In this document: positions 36,058 through 47,009 of the stretch, piece after piece
Layout: each line of letters starts with the position of its first letter
Position numbering within the stretch: position 1 is the first letter of the stretch
Origin: Elsinoe ampelina
Lineage: Eukaryota
Direction of reading: 5' to 3'
Length of the DNA: 64,000 nt
Assembly (NCBI GenBank): GCA_010093995.1
Contig: ML992507.1
Coordinates: forward strand, 927,868-991,867
Position numbers and translations under genes: made by a program
The notes under the pieces: model-generated
Databases searched by the model: none
Seen by the model: only the letters and a program-made list of their open reading frames with translations
Told to the model about the DNA's origin: nothing

Positions 36058-36912
36058 ATGATGGAGTCTCAAAATGTGCCTTCGCCTCTTTTCCTTATCT
36101 CGAATGCCTTTGCATTGCTGAGGAGCTATTCTCAAGTTTTCTTCTTGGTCTCCATGTTCGGTCTCCTTGTCGCTGTTGTGTGGCTGACCTACCTTGACTA
36201 TCATGCTTTTCTAGCACTTGGTCCTGGAGGAACACCTTCGACAGTGGCTGGATACTCGAAGCTCAAACTATTGTCGCTCTTTCGACTGCGAGATCCTCTT
36301 CAAGCACCTCGAATCCCAGCATCGCTGCCCGACCAGTCTGGATACCTATCAAATCGAACTTTACCGCACCGCGTGGGCCCAAGACCGACCATTTCTGGAC
36401 TCGCTCCTCAACGTCAGGTCGACTCGTTCGCAACTGCAAAGTCATGTGAACAAATCACCGCTGCCATTGAAGATCTGTCGAGGACAACGACTGATCTGGA
36501 GATTACATTGTCACCATTCGAAAAGCACAGCGACGCACTGGTGGCCACAAAACCAATCCACAATCGAAAGCGAGGCGGAGAAGTCTGTCACGTCCATCCT
36601 TCAGACGGCTCCTTGCATCTCACCTTGCACCCAGCAGATGTAGCCCTATGCATCGAACGAGGCTGGGGAGAACGACATCCTTTGGCTCGTGGAGGATGGA
36701 TGAGACGTTTCGTACCGGAGACGTTTGTTATGGTCTATGCTCCAAGGACAAGTCTAGAAGTGCAGACAGTGATGGACATTGTCAAAGCAGGAGTCTGGTG
36801 GGTCGGAGGAGAAAAGATCCTTGAAGAACAGCAAGAGCGGGAGCAGAAGAGCGGGTCTGGCGTCCTGTGCATGGTGGAATGCGTGAAGGAAGCTCAGCAG
36901 GTCGAAAAGTGA
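36058..36912 (+). CDS. Luciferase-domain (fungal Luz/DUF5519-like) protein with N-terminal membrane anchor
   Basis: DYHAFLALGPGGTP, LPHRVGPRPTISG.APQRQ, EVCHVHPSDGSLHLTL, GWGERHPL and MVYAPR motifs; start codon uncertain. Confidence 0.78.
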   Translation: MMESQNVPSPLFLISNAFALLRSYSQVFFLVSMFGLLVAVVWLTYLDYHAFLALGPGGTPSTVAGYSKLKLLSLFRLRDPLQAPRIPASLPDQSGYLSNRTLPHRVGPRPTISGLAPQRQVDSFATAKSCEQITAAIEDLSRTTTDLEITLSPFEKHSDALVATKPIHNRKRGGEVCHVHPSDGSLHLTLHPADVALCIERGWGERHPLARGGWMRRFVPETFVMVYAPRTSLEVQTVMDIVKAGVWWVGGEKILEEQQEREQKSGSGVLCMVECVKEAQQVEK

Positions 36913-37289
36913 CGGAAAGGAAGCTGTAGAGTGACGTTGGTCGCGAGCGTGGGGGTCGTGCATAACAAGCGGGGACGAGCTAACCGTTTTGGGACCGGGT
37001 AGCTGGGCGGATGTGCCTTGCCGGCGTTGACGCGGCTGATCAGACCTGATGATCGGCGTCTTGTGGCATGTGAACCTTTGACGGATTTTCGGGCTTCTCT
37101 TTCACTATTCACACTCATAGCAAGGCGTAGGCAGCATTTTCACACGCAACAGAAGGGCGTCTCTCACATCAATCCAACCATGTAGTCCATCAACCACGAC
37201 GATCATTTCACCTTTTACGAAGTGGCTTCTCTAGAATCAGTAGGTCTGCAGAAAGCAGTTCACAGGCAAGATGAGTTCCTTCCATTGCA

Positions 37290-38219
37290 ATGAGGTCTGG
37301 AGGCTCAATCAGATCCATGACGCTGACGGATCTTTCCTGTCATCAAGGGGAAGGGTTTACATTGTTCCATCCCAGCAAAGCAATCGTTGAAAAGCTCACC
37401 AACTTGCGTCTGCACTACTCTGGAGTAAGAACGAAGTCATGGCACGATTACGACCGAGCGCAGGAGACGATCCAGCAGATAGGCAATTGCTGGTTGAGAC
37501 CTTGTCAGTCAGCACTCACTTCTTTAACGCTGATGAGCGGCACGGCATGGCCTGAATTCATGCACCACTGGAGTGCCTCAGCTCCTCCCTTGCCCAACCT
37601 CAAATACCTGGCTCTGTCCAATTATTTCATCATAGAAGACCATGCCATGGACTGGATAATCTCCTGCAAGAAACTCAATACACTGATACTCCGCGGATGC
37701 TCGATCGTAGCCTTCAAACATGCTTATGTATCCGTTCAGCCTTCAGATATTTTGGCGGGGTCTCTTGTCCCGATGAGCGTGGTCGAAAGATGGGTACATT
37801 ATCCCCAGAACTGGTCCTACTTCTTTAATCGGATCCGAGACAAACTGCTTGAGCTACAGGACTTCCGTTTCGGCAGCCATAAAGGATTGCTCTCACCTCC
37901 TCCAAGTGAAAAGCTCGGGGGCCCGCCATGGTCGAGCGATGGGCCAGATACTGCCGAGCCTGCAGTCATGTCTTCCATGGAAGAGGATGTACCGCCACGA
38001 TTGATGTGGTATGGATGCTACAGCATGATTTACGGCACTTTGATGAGCTGGGAGGAAGCCGAGGAAAGGTCCAACTTCATGCCTTCGCAAAGTCTCAGCG
38101 ACATCAGCGAGGAGTTCCGAGGGCGTAATACAGCAAGCTTGGTGGCCATTATGGAGAAGGTGGAAGGGCAGCGAAGGAAAGCACAAGCGTCGAAGAGAGT
38201 CACAGGCCTTGATCGATAA
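37290..38219 (+). CDS. LRR-like paralog of the adjacent F-box protein, lacking the N-terminal F-box (possibly truncated)
   Basis: 309-aa ORF colinear with 38702-40060 (WLRPCQSALTSLTL vs WLPLCSQQLTSLTL; HAMDWIISCKKL vs HAFDWVLRCKRL). Confidence 0.6.
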   Translation: MRSGGSIRSMTLTDLSCHQGEGFTLFHPSKAIVEKLTNLRLHYSGVRTKSWHDYDRAQETIQQIGNCWLRPCQSALTSLTLMSGTAWPEFMHHWSASAPPLPNLKYLALSNYFIIEDHAMDWIISCKKLNTLILRGCSIVAFKHAYVSVQPSDILAGSLVPMSVVERWVHYPQNWSYFFNRIRDKLLELQDFRFGSHKGLLSPPPSEKLGGPPWSSDGPDTAEPAVMSSMEEDVPPRLMWYGCYSMIYGTLMSWEEAEERSNFMPSQSLSDISEEFRGRNTASLVAIMEKVEGQRRKAQASKRVTGLDR

Positions 38220-38602
38220 GACGCAGGCGTCTGCGTAGCGACTTGCTTCGCGACACTGGTGTTCGTGTGACGACTGCGTCAAGCGCCGGATCGACCAGCT
38301 GGGTGTTGCTGGCAACGCATCACTAGACAATCTAGTTCTTGAAGGGACGATTTCAGTGCAAAGTGTAGCCTATGGTATCCAGAATTACGGGCGAGATCAA
38401 GATGGTGGTTGGCCGTCGAATCTGATCACATGACTCCTTCTTCATGCCATCCAGTTTTCCCCACTCTTCGCCATCCTTCATATCTTCACACCTCGCCTCA
38501 GTTGCATGCCCGCCCAGTTGTTTCACACCATCATCCCCACCGAGATTAGCGCCCTCTTGAGTTGGTCGAAACGGCCATTCTCAACCCATTGTAATAATTC
38601 GA

Positions 38603-40060
38603 ATGGCTCAGATCCCGACCTCGACAGCGAGTCTTGGGCAATAACCCATCAACAACGATAGCAAACCATCTCTAAGCATCACCCCTCCAGAAATACTGCT
38701 AATGATCCTTGATTATCTTGCGAATGCCGACCTCAAAGCTGTGCGACTCACATGCCATGTTCTGATCCAAGTGTCGTCGTCGGCGCTCTACAAGGTCGTG
38801 AATCTATGCCCAAGCAAGCGATCGTTACAAGCCTGGTCGCAACTCATTCAACACGAACAACTTCGATTCTGTCCCAGGCTTATTGAAATCTACACCAAAG
38901 AAGGTGAGACCGGAGGTCTAGACAAACGTCCATGGGTCGATGCCGTCACGCAGCAGCTCCCGCAACTACAGAGCCTCCAGTCAGTCAAATTCCATCTCAG
39001 TGTACTCTGTCGAACACCAAATACCTTTGGCGGTCTTATCGAAAATGAGGATCTGCAAGTCCGGCGTCAATTGCTCAACGCCCTAAGTTCTGGACTGACG
39101 ACATTCGCCCAAGCGTACGGACGCTCCATCGAAAATGTCACACTTTTCAATCCCCGAGACGCTTCGTTGGGTGCAAGGCCTGCAAAATCTAGCAAGGATC
39201 TCAGAGACTTGAATCATGAAGCTTTCAGCAAAGTCCTCTCCCAACTTCAATCGCTCCATTTGTTCGTCCTCTCAGATCAAGATACCTACGACGGACCATT
39301 CTATTTGGAACGTGAATCGTTCCCGCTTGACCTGGCGAAGAAATGGCTTCCACTCTGTTCACAGCAACTGACGTCTCTCACCTTGTGCTTCGATGCACCC
39401 TGGGGAGCTCTAGATTGTTCTTTCGACGCAGACGGCTTAGAGTTGCCCCTGCTGACGTCGTTGACGCTGGGATCCTATACTGTAGACTGCGAACATGCGT
39501 TCGACTGGGTCCTCAGGTGTAAGCGATTGCGCAACTTGTCACTGTACGCGTGTAGCATCGTCGTTCTACTCATGGAATCCATTTATCACAGTAGACCTGA
39601 GAGCTTCCCGCGACGCCTAATTGGACGCATGAGCTCCGAATTTCAATGGTTCGAGTATCAAGTACGATGGTATCACCTCTTTGACAAGATCGCGGCAGCA
39701 CTACCAGACCTCCACGATTTCGACTTCTACGACAATTTTGAGAACGAGTTCTTCTATGATCATCTCCATCGGAAGACTCGCATGAGTTCAGATCGGTATC
39801 TGGTTTTTGACTGGAACTTTAGGCTCGACCTGGATCTGAACTTGTATGAGGATCTCGGATGTGACACGGAAGAGATCTCACCATTATTGACAGATGCGAG
39901 CCCACGGAGTGTGCATGAGAAGACTGGTGCAGACGACTCTCGAGCCTTGAAAGGGCTGCTCAGAGCTTGCTCTAGCAGGGGCGGGCTTCAAAGGTCACTC
40001 AAGGTGGAGATGGTAGAGATCCGGGATGGTTCGTTGTCACCCATGTGGGTCGAGACATGA
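38603..40060 (+). pseudogene. F-box/LRR-like gene with an in-frame TAA at codon 14 (alternatively a CDS from 38702)
   Basis: ATG 38603 is in frame with ORF 38702-40060; TAA at 38642-38644. The F-box-like motif SLSITPPEILLMILDYL.NADLKAVRLTC straddles the second ATG. Confidence 0.6.
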
Positions 40061-40111
40061 CCAGCTTGACTCGATATTCGCCCTGCTGCGAAGCTTGGAT
40101 GCAGCCACATC

Positions 40112-41258
40112 TTGATCAGGTATCATGGTCAAGCACATGCCATTTCCTATGCTCATCCAGGCTTCACACCGATCACCAATTGTCGAGATCTGCGGGAAGG
40201 ACGACTCAACGACAACGGCAATCCAATGTATGCGTTTGAACGACCCCACCTTGGACTTGTCTACGATGCTCCGAAACTTCCATCTTCTCTCTTCGTATGG
40301 CATGAGGCGCAAGTGGCTTTTGTCTTTTGCAATTCAAACATGGAGTCCAGGAGACCTGTGATCCAGAAGTCAGGAGCAGATCCACAGATCACTATCAGCA
40401 GAGACCAAGTGACCATTGAACCAAATTTGAATTGTACAAGAAGTAAAGAGCTGATGGTCCTGGTCGAATTGCTTAGAAATGTACAACGACAGATGGCCAG
40501 CTTCTTGCAAGCCAGTAGGATCCTCCTTTGCATTGGTAGACCGGTTCCAAGCCACTGAATATGTGAGACTGACATACCCAGGGCCAGAAATGTGTCGACC
40601 AGGACGTCTCGTCCAGCGACCGCTTTCCGTACACTAGAGAGCTCTATCAGATGGGCGCGAGGTACGTTGGCATGAAGCGCCGCATCCGTGCCGCTCATGA
40701 TGCATTCGAATATGTCCAGACCCATCCATACTTTACCAAAGACCAGTCGGGCCCGTTGCGAGGCATACTGCAGCTGGAACTTGGTGCGGACAGTAAGCTT
40801 GGTGTAGGCTTCGGACGGATCTTGAATAGTCTAGAGGACTTTGACAAAGAGACGCAGCTGCTCACCTCCATGGTACATCGTCATCTCATCGATTTGAGGA
40901 CGGAGATAGCTGACCGATATGCAGGTCTTCAGCTTGAGCAGCTTGGGAGAAAGCCGCAATGTTGTCGAGACCACGAATAGTTCCAGGCTGGTCGCTGCTC
41001 GCACTGTTTGCCCTACCCCCGGCATTGGCAGCAGCAGTGTTTGGCATGGACATATCCGAGATCACTGGCGATGCCCGACATCCTCGAGCTTGGATCACGG
41101 TCGTGTTCGGCATTGGCCTCTTCATACTGTTCTGGATCGGACACAGAGTTTGGCAACGCCTTCGGAGGATCAACAGGTTGTGGATAGCGCAGCGTCATGG
41201 TCATCGAGTGCGTGGAGCTGGATTTCGAACAGCTGAGGACGGTATGGATATCTTTTAG
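40112..41258 (+). pseudogene. Fragmented gene with a CorA-like two-TM C-terminus
   Basis: QLEQL / ESRNVVETTNSSRL / SLLALFALPPALAAAVFGMD...WITVVFGIGL lie in three successive frames near 40930-41000; GMD replaces the GMN signature. Confidence 0.5.
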
Positions 41259-41793
41259 GGGTAGCTGAAAATTACCTGAATCATCCTTTGTCAATATTCG
41301 ACGGCTGGATGAAGTGTTCGTCGATGTCGTATGAACCTGCTCAACCCTGTTGCACGGAACGAGAGTGCTCCAATGATGGTTCCAGTTTCTCCTGCGCTGG
41401 TTGTGCTCCATCGGTGCCGTGACAAAGTCATCATGGGCAGTCCGGAGTAACCAGCGGTGACGCGCGCAGGACGGACATTCCGCAACCTGGTCATGTCACT
41501 GACCTCGAAATACCGGGAAAATATCCGAATGACCCACAAAGCGTAGCAAGCAGGCAGCTGAATCGTGTTGATATTGAGAGGTTCAGAAGAAGATGAACTC
41601 TCAACCCCACCACAACCCCTGTCCATCCCCAGCTTCAGGCCAAGTGTGAACCACGTCACTGCTGAGCTCATCACTCTCGATCAACCATCAACCATCAACC
41701 ACCATCCATGTGTAAAACCACACCCTCCCCTCCCCTCCTCCATCTCTCCCCGCACTTCCCATCCTCATCCGACCCCCTCATTCCATTCCGACC

Positions 41794-43386
41794 ATGTCTC
41801 AACCCACGACGCCACTCCCCCCCTCCCCGGACATGTCCACCCACAACTCCCTCGTCACCACCCTCTCCCACCAAATCCAGCACTTCCACACCCACCGCAT
41901 CCCCTTCAGATGCTACCACGGCACCACCACCTCGACCCGCAAAGTCGTCTACACCCGCGAAACCTCCATCGACCTCTCGGCCTTGACCACCATCCTCTCC
42001 ATCTCCCCCACCACCCTCCTCGCCACCGTCGAACCCAACGTCTCCATGGCGTCTCTCGTGCGCGCCACCCTCCCCCTTGGCCTCGTGCCCGCTGTGGTCC
42101 CCGAGTTCACCACCATAACCGTCGGGGGATGTTTCGCCGGCACGGGCGGGGAGAGCAGCAGTTTTCGTCACGGGGTGTTTGACGACACGGTGGTGGGGGT
42201 GGAGATGGTGTTGGGGGATGGGGAGGTGGTGCGTGCGTCGCGCGCCGAGAGGGAGGATTTGTGGCGGGGTGCCGCGGGGAGTTATGGGAGTCTGGGGGTG
42301 GTGACGTTGTTGGAGATTAGGTTGGTGCGGGCGGAGAGGTTTGTGGAGGTGGAGTATGTGCCTGTTCGAGGCGCGGAGGGGGCGGTGGAGGTGATGAGGG
42401 GCGTGGAGGGGAGGGCGGAGGTGGGGTTTTTGGATGGGATTTTGTTCGGGGAGGGGAGGGGGGTGGTGATGCTTGGGAGGTGGGAAGGGGGGAGGGAGGG
42501 GGAGGAGGGGGTGAGGTTTACGAGGAGAGGGGATGAGTGGTTTTATATGCATGCTGAGAAGGTGATGGGGAGATTGTTGAAGGAGGAGAAGGGAAAAGTG
42601 GCGAGGGATAGTATGTCGACGGTCGGTGAGGGGGAGAAAAGGATGTTGACGACACACAAGGAGTTGATTCCGACTTATGATTATCTGTTCCGGTATGACA
42701 GGGCTTGTTTCTGGATGGGTCAGCACGCACTGGACTACTTTTACGTTCACAACATTCGCTTCTCGAGGTGGTTGGGCGACTCGCTGTTACGGCCTGCGAA
42801 GATGATGCATGCCGGACAGAAAGCAGGTCTGATGAATCAGTATGTTGTGCAAGATATCAGCGTCCCCTACCAGCATGTCGATGAGTTTGTTTCATACATC
42901 CAGAAAGAGATTGGCATCTACCCGCTCTGGTTATGCCCCTTGCTTCTGAAGCACGAGTGGCCCCTCAAGCCGAACGACACGAGCATACCGGAGCGCATCA
43001 TGAATATCGGCATGTGGGGACCAGGAAGCAAAAAGCTACCCAAGTTTGTACAGCAAAACCGAGATCTGGAAGAAAAGACGAGGCAACTCCATGGACTCAA
43101 ATGTCTTTATGCTCAAGCTTTCTATACGGAAGAGGAGTTCTGGAAGGTGTACGATAAAGAGAGGTACGACACGTTGCGGCGCAAGTACAAAGCCGAGACA
43201 TTACCTACTGTATATGACAAGGTGTGCAAGAGCTCAGCTGTAGATGAGATGGAAAAGAGAAGGAAAAGTTCAATCGAAAGAGCAAAGGGTGTGGTCAAGG
43301 ACTTTTGGATCTGTCGAGGCTTATATGGCGCGGCCAGCTCGATACTAGGTGGCGATTATCTGATGAAGAAGGCGAAGGCTACATGA
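41794..43386 (+). CDS. FAD-binding (PCMH-type) oxidoreductase, delta24-sterol reductase (DHCR24/DWF1)-like
   Basis: VEPNVSM, VVPEFTTITVGG.FAGTGGESSSFRHGVF, GSYGSLGVVT, YLFRYDR, PLWLCP and KCLYAQAFY motifs. Confidence 0.88.
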   Translation: MSQPTTPLPPSPDMSTHNSLVTTLSHQIQHFHTHRIPFRCYHGTTTSTRKVVYTRETSIDLSALTTILSISPTTLLATVEPNVSMASLVRATLPLGLVPAVVPEFTTITVGGCFAGTGGESSSFRHGVFDDTVVGVEMVLGDGEVVRASRAEREDLWRGAAGSYGSLGVVTLLEIRLVRAERFVEVEYVPVRGAEGAVEVMRGVEGRAEVGFLDGILFGEGRGVVMLGRWEGGREGEEGVRFTRRGDEWFYMHAEKVMGRLLKEEKGKVARDSMSTVGEGEKRMLTTHKELIPTYDYLFRYDRACFWMGQHALDYFYVHNIRFSRWLGDSLLRPAKMMHAGQKAGLMNQYVVQDISVPYQHVDEFVSYIQKEIGIYPLWLCPLLLKHEWPLKPNDTSIPERIMNIGMWGPGSKKLPKFVQQNRDLEEKTRQLHGLKCLYAQAFYTEEEFWKVYDKERYDTLRRKYKAETLPTVYDKVCKSSAVDEMEKRRKSSIERAKGVVKDFWICRGLYGAASSILGGDYLMKKAKAT

Positions 43387-43605
43387 TCTGACGATGTATA
43401 TATGATCTCGCGACGTGGACACGGTCCGCTATGTATAACAAGGTATACTGGAAACCTACAGATGCATTTGACTTCGTCGTGTGTGAGCTGGATGCCTGAA
43501 ATGGGTTAGTGCTTACTGGTGGTCTTTGCTGGGTATCTCAGCCTGGTGTCAATATATGAATGAGAATGCCAGTGTGGGTAATTCCTAGTACTAAGCATTG
43601 CTCAA

Positions 43606-44416
43606 ATGGCCCGCGCAGACAAATTTCGACAGCTGTTCGAAGACGAAGAGGTGCTGTACGGTCCACTTACAACGCATGATGGTGCGTTCATGGTCGAGAT
43701 CGTCAAGCCCAGCAAGGTGAGAGATGCCAGGTAAGAACAGCAGTATTTATTCATGCCTGCTGAATTGACATGTCCAGCACGTTACTCCGAGCTACGTACA
43801 AAGCTGGTCATCCAGAGAATGTGAAAGGGAAAGCCGCCCACCACGTCAGTGCCAACATTGGGACGAGCCTCGAATTCGCTGACATGATCGTAGGCGCCAC
43901 CCCTTCACATCCATATGAAGCAGTCTGAGACGTTCACCGTGCTCTCTGGCAAGATAGGACTCACCCATGGGTACGACTTGAATGACACTGTGGTTTCGGC
44001 CTCGGATGAACCTTTCGTGGTGAAACCTTGGGTGCCACATCGACCATGGCCGGTACCTGACTGCGAAGACGACACTGTGATCTTGATGGCGGCGAGTCCT
44101 GAAGATGTACCGAATCCGATGGATGGGAGGTTCTTCCGCGACATCTTCATGTACGCTGGCGACTGTTATGCTGGCAAGGCGAAGTTCGATCCACTTCAGG
44201 TGTTGCTTATGCAGTACGTTTTTCCCTTATGGTAAAGAGATATTCAGCTGATGATATAGACACGTGACTGACTCGGCGCCTGTCATGTTCCCAACAGCAA
44301 CTTTCTTAGGCCCATTGAGATGGTGGTTGCCACTGAAACTCCAGGCGTTTGCGGCCTGGGTCGCCACTTGCATGGGTTACAGTGCACGGATAGAAAAGTA
44401 TGACAAGCTCAACTGA
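43606..44416 (+). CDS. Cupin-fold (RmlC-like) protein, ~4 exons
   Basis: PPLHIHMKQSETFTVLSG and VKPWVPHRPW metal-binding motifs; plausible introns near 43731, 43845 and 44213. Confidence 0.72.
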
Positions 44417-45070
44417 TCTGTACCGAAGAGACGACGCCGTGATGAGCATCTTGCACGGCAATTTCTGCAGAAATGGAGAGATGAGAGATGAAGAGATGAG
44501 AGATGTTCCAGCTCGAGTCCGCGGCGTTGCCGATTGGATCTGACCATGGGGCATCACAGCCTTGGCAAGATTGAGTTTTGAGTAGCATTTTAGATCATCA
44601 ACACATTTTTTTCGACTCTATTCAGATTCACTGTTTATCTGCTATATAGAATTGTTTCGTCTGACCACACCACCCTTGTTCAGCTCCACTATAATCATCG
44701 CGTCACACCAACACGGCTTGCGAGACATTTACCAGGCCGGAGCCCAGAAACGTGGCGCATATTTCTGAGGTGGAGGTGACGACGATCGCCAGGACCGGCA
44801 AAGTCTAAATATCTTTGGCGGGGGACATGTCCGTCTCGTCCTTGGTCCAACCAGCATCTTTGCTTGACAGGATGCAACAGGATACAACACCGCTGATCAT
44901 GCCGCTTCTCTCCAGGTGAGCTCATGCATAAAGGTAGCGGCTCGTCCGCCGCCATGGCTTTGGGCCGTGTTTGTTCTTCCTCTTCTTTGCATCCCTTGCG
45001 CTCTCACAACCCCTCACCTGACAGCAGCCCTCGGAACAGCGCAGATAACGACTCGAGGCCTCTCCTCAAC

Positions 45071-46828
45071 ATGTCCCACGAGCCAAAATCCGTCGATTCG
45101 GGCTCTCCCAAGGCACCTCCCCCAGGAGACCTGTTCCAGGATCCAGAACTCGAAGGCAAGACTCTCTACGAGAAGAAATGCGTCCTTATCAATCGCGAGA
45201 TTGACTCCAACGGCATGGCCAGGTACCAATGGTACATCTGGTTCCTCTGCGGATTCGGCTACTTCATCGATCTCCTTTGGGCTCAGGCATTTGGTCTCGT
45301 GCTGGGACCCCTGCGGCAAGAGCTTGGATTCGGAGGTGATCAATCGGGCAATATCTCCGCCTCTTTCTCCGCTGGGCTCACGGCCGGCGCTTTCGTTTGG
45401 GGTGTCTTGGTTGATATCGTCGGTCGGTACTCTGGGATATCAGGCAGCCATGTCATACTCAGGACAGCAGACTTACTATCGTACAGGTCGCCAATGGTCG
45501 TTTAACCTCACCTGCCTGATTTCCGCAGCCTTCGGACTTGGGCTTGGAGGGACAAACTCGTACAATGCCTTCCTCATTGTGACCGCATTTGTCGGTTTCG
45601 GTATCGGAGGCAACATTCCGATCGATACTACGATTTGCCTGGAGTTCATTCCGCAAGTAAGTTCAGGAGTCTCCTCCTCTCCCTGACCCCCTCTAACCCG
45701 CACCAGAATCGTCGATTCTTGCTAGCCCTCTTATCCATCTTCCAACCGATCGGCGTGGTAATCTGCAGCGCCTTTGCATACGCATACATTCCCACCTACT
45801 CTTGCACCCCGAACTTCAGCGAGAGCGATCCGCTTCCGTCATGCAACCTCGATCCGAATGTGCCGTGCTGCGCGCGAGCAGACAATATGGGTTGGAGATA
45901 CCTGATGTTCACACTCGGCGCATTGACTTTGGCCGTCTTCTTCCTACGATTCGTCGTTTTCCGCTTCAAGGAGTCGCCCAAGTTCCTCGTCTACCGAGGA
46001 CGAGACGAGGAGGCCATCGGAGTCATGCAATACATTGCCAAGTTCAACAAGCGCGACTGCACTGTGTCGATCGAGCATTTTGAAGCCCTTACCTCGGACC
46101 ACAACTCTCTGAACTCCGGCACCGAGCTCCTCGGCACAGGAGCCAAACAACTCCAACTCTCCTTCGCCTCCAAACTCAAGCTCGAGTTCGCCCGTTACGG
46201 CCTCCTCTTCAAGGGCTGGCCCATGACCCGCCTCACCATCCTTGTCTGGCTCACCTACATCTGCGACTATTGGGGTTTCACCCTGGCAGGCACCTATCTC
46301 CCCGTCGTCCTCGCCATCAAGAACGGCGCCATCGACGTCCCTCTCCGCCAAACTTACCGCTCTTACGTCTACATCTACCTCCCCGGCATCATCGGCGTTG
46401 TCGGCGGCGCAATGATGTACCGTGTCCCTGCTTTCGGTCGAAAATGGACAATGGTCATTGCTTCAGGTCTCATGGGGGCCAGCATCTTCATCTACTCGAC
46501 CGTCAACGACGAGGCGTCCAACATCGGCCTGAATGTGATGGAGTACTTTTTCCAATCCATGTTCAACGCCGTGCTGTACGGCTGGACACCAGAGGTATTC
46601 CCTGCTCCTGTGCGCGGTACCGCTTGCGGCGTGGCGAGTTTCTGGGGGAGGCTGTTCGGCATCATCGCTCCTCTCACCGCGCAGAGTCTGATACCCACTG
46701 CTGGATTGGCGGCCGGCGACCAGAGTATCAATAGGATTCTGTACCTGGCTGGTGGGATCACGCTGGGATGCGTGCTGACCACGAGTCTGCTGCCGAATAA
46801 CAAGAGGTTGGCGCAGCAGAGTATGTAG
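45071..46828 (+). CDS. MFS transporter (SV2/niacin-transporter-like), 3 exons
   Basis: LCGFGYFIDL, LVDIVGR, GIGGNIPID, GWRY, ESPKFL and WTPEVFPAPVRGTACG motifs. Confidence 0.9.
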
Positions 46829-47009
46829 GACCGTCTCAATGGGTCAAACGACACAGCATGGTCAGATAGCGTATATACCCTCAGCATCAACGAACGAATG
46901 GTCATTACAGCGTGGTTCTTCATGCGACGTCGCTCTATGCAAAGATTTCTACGTCTCCTTCTTCTGTCCCATTATGCACAACCCAACATGCCCTTCCTCA
47001 CGTCTACCA

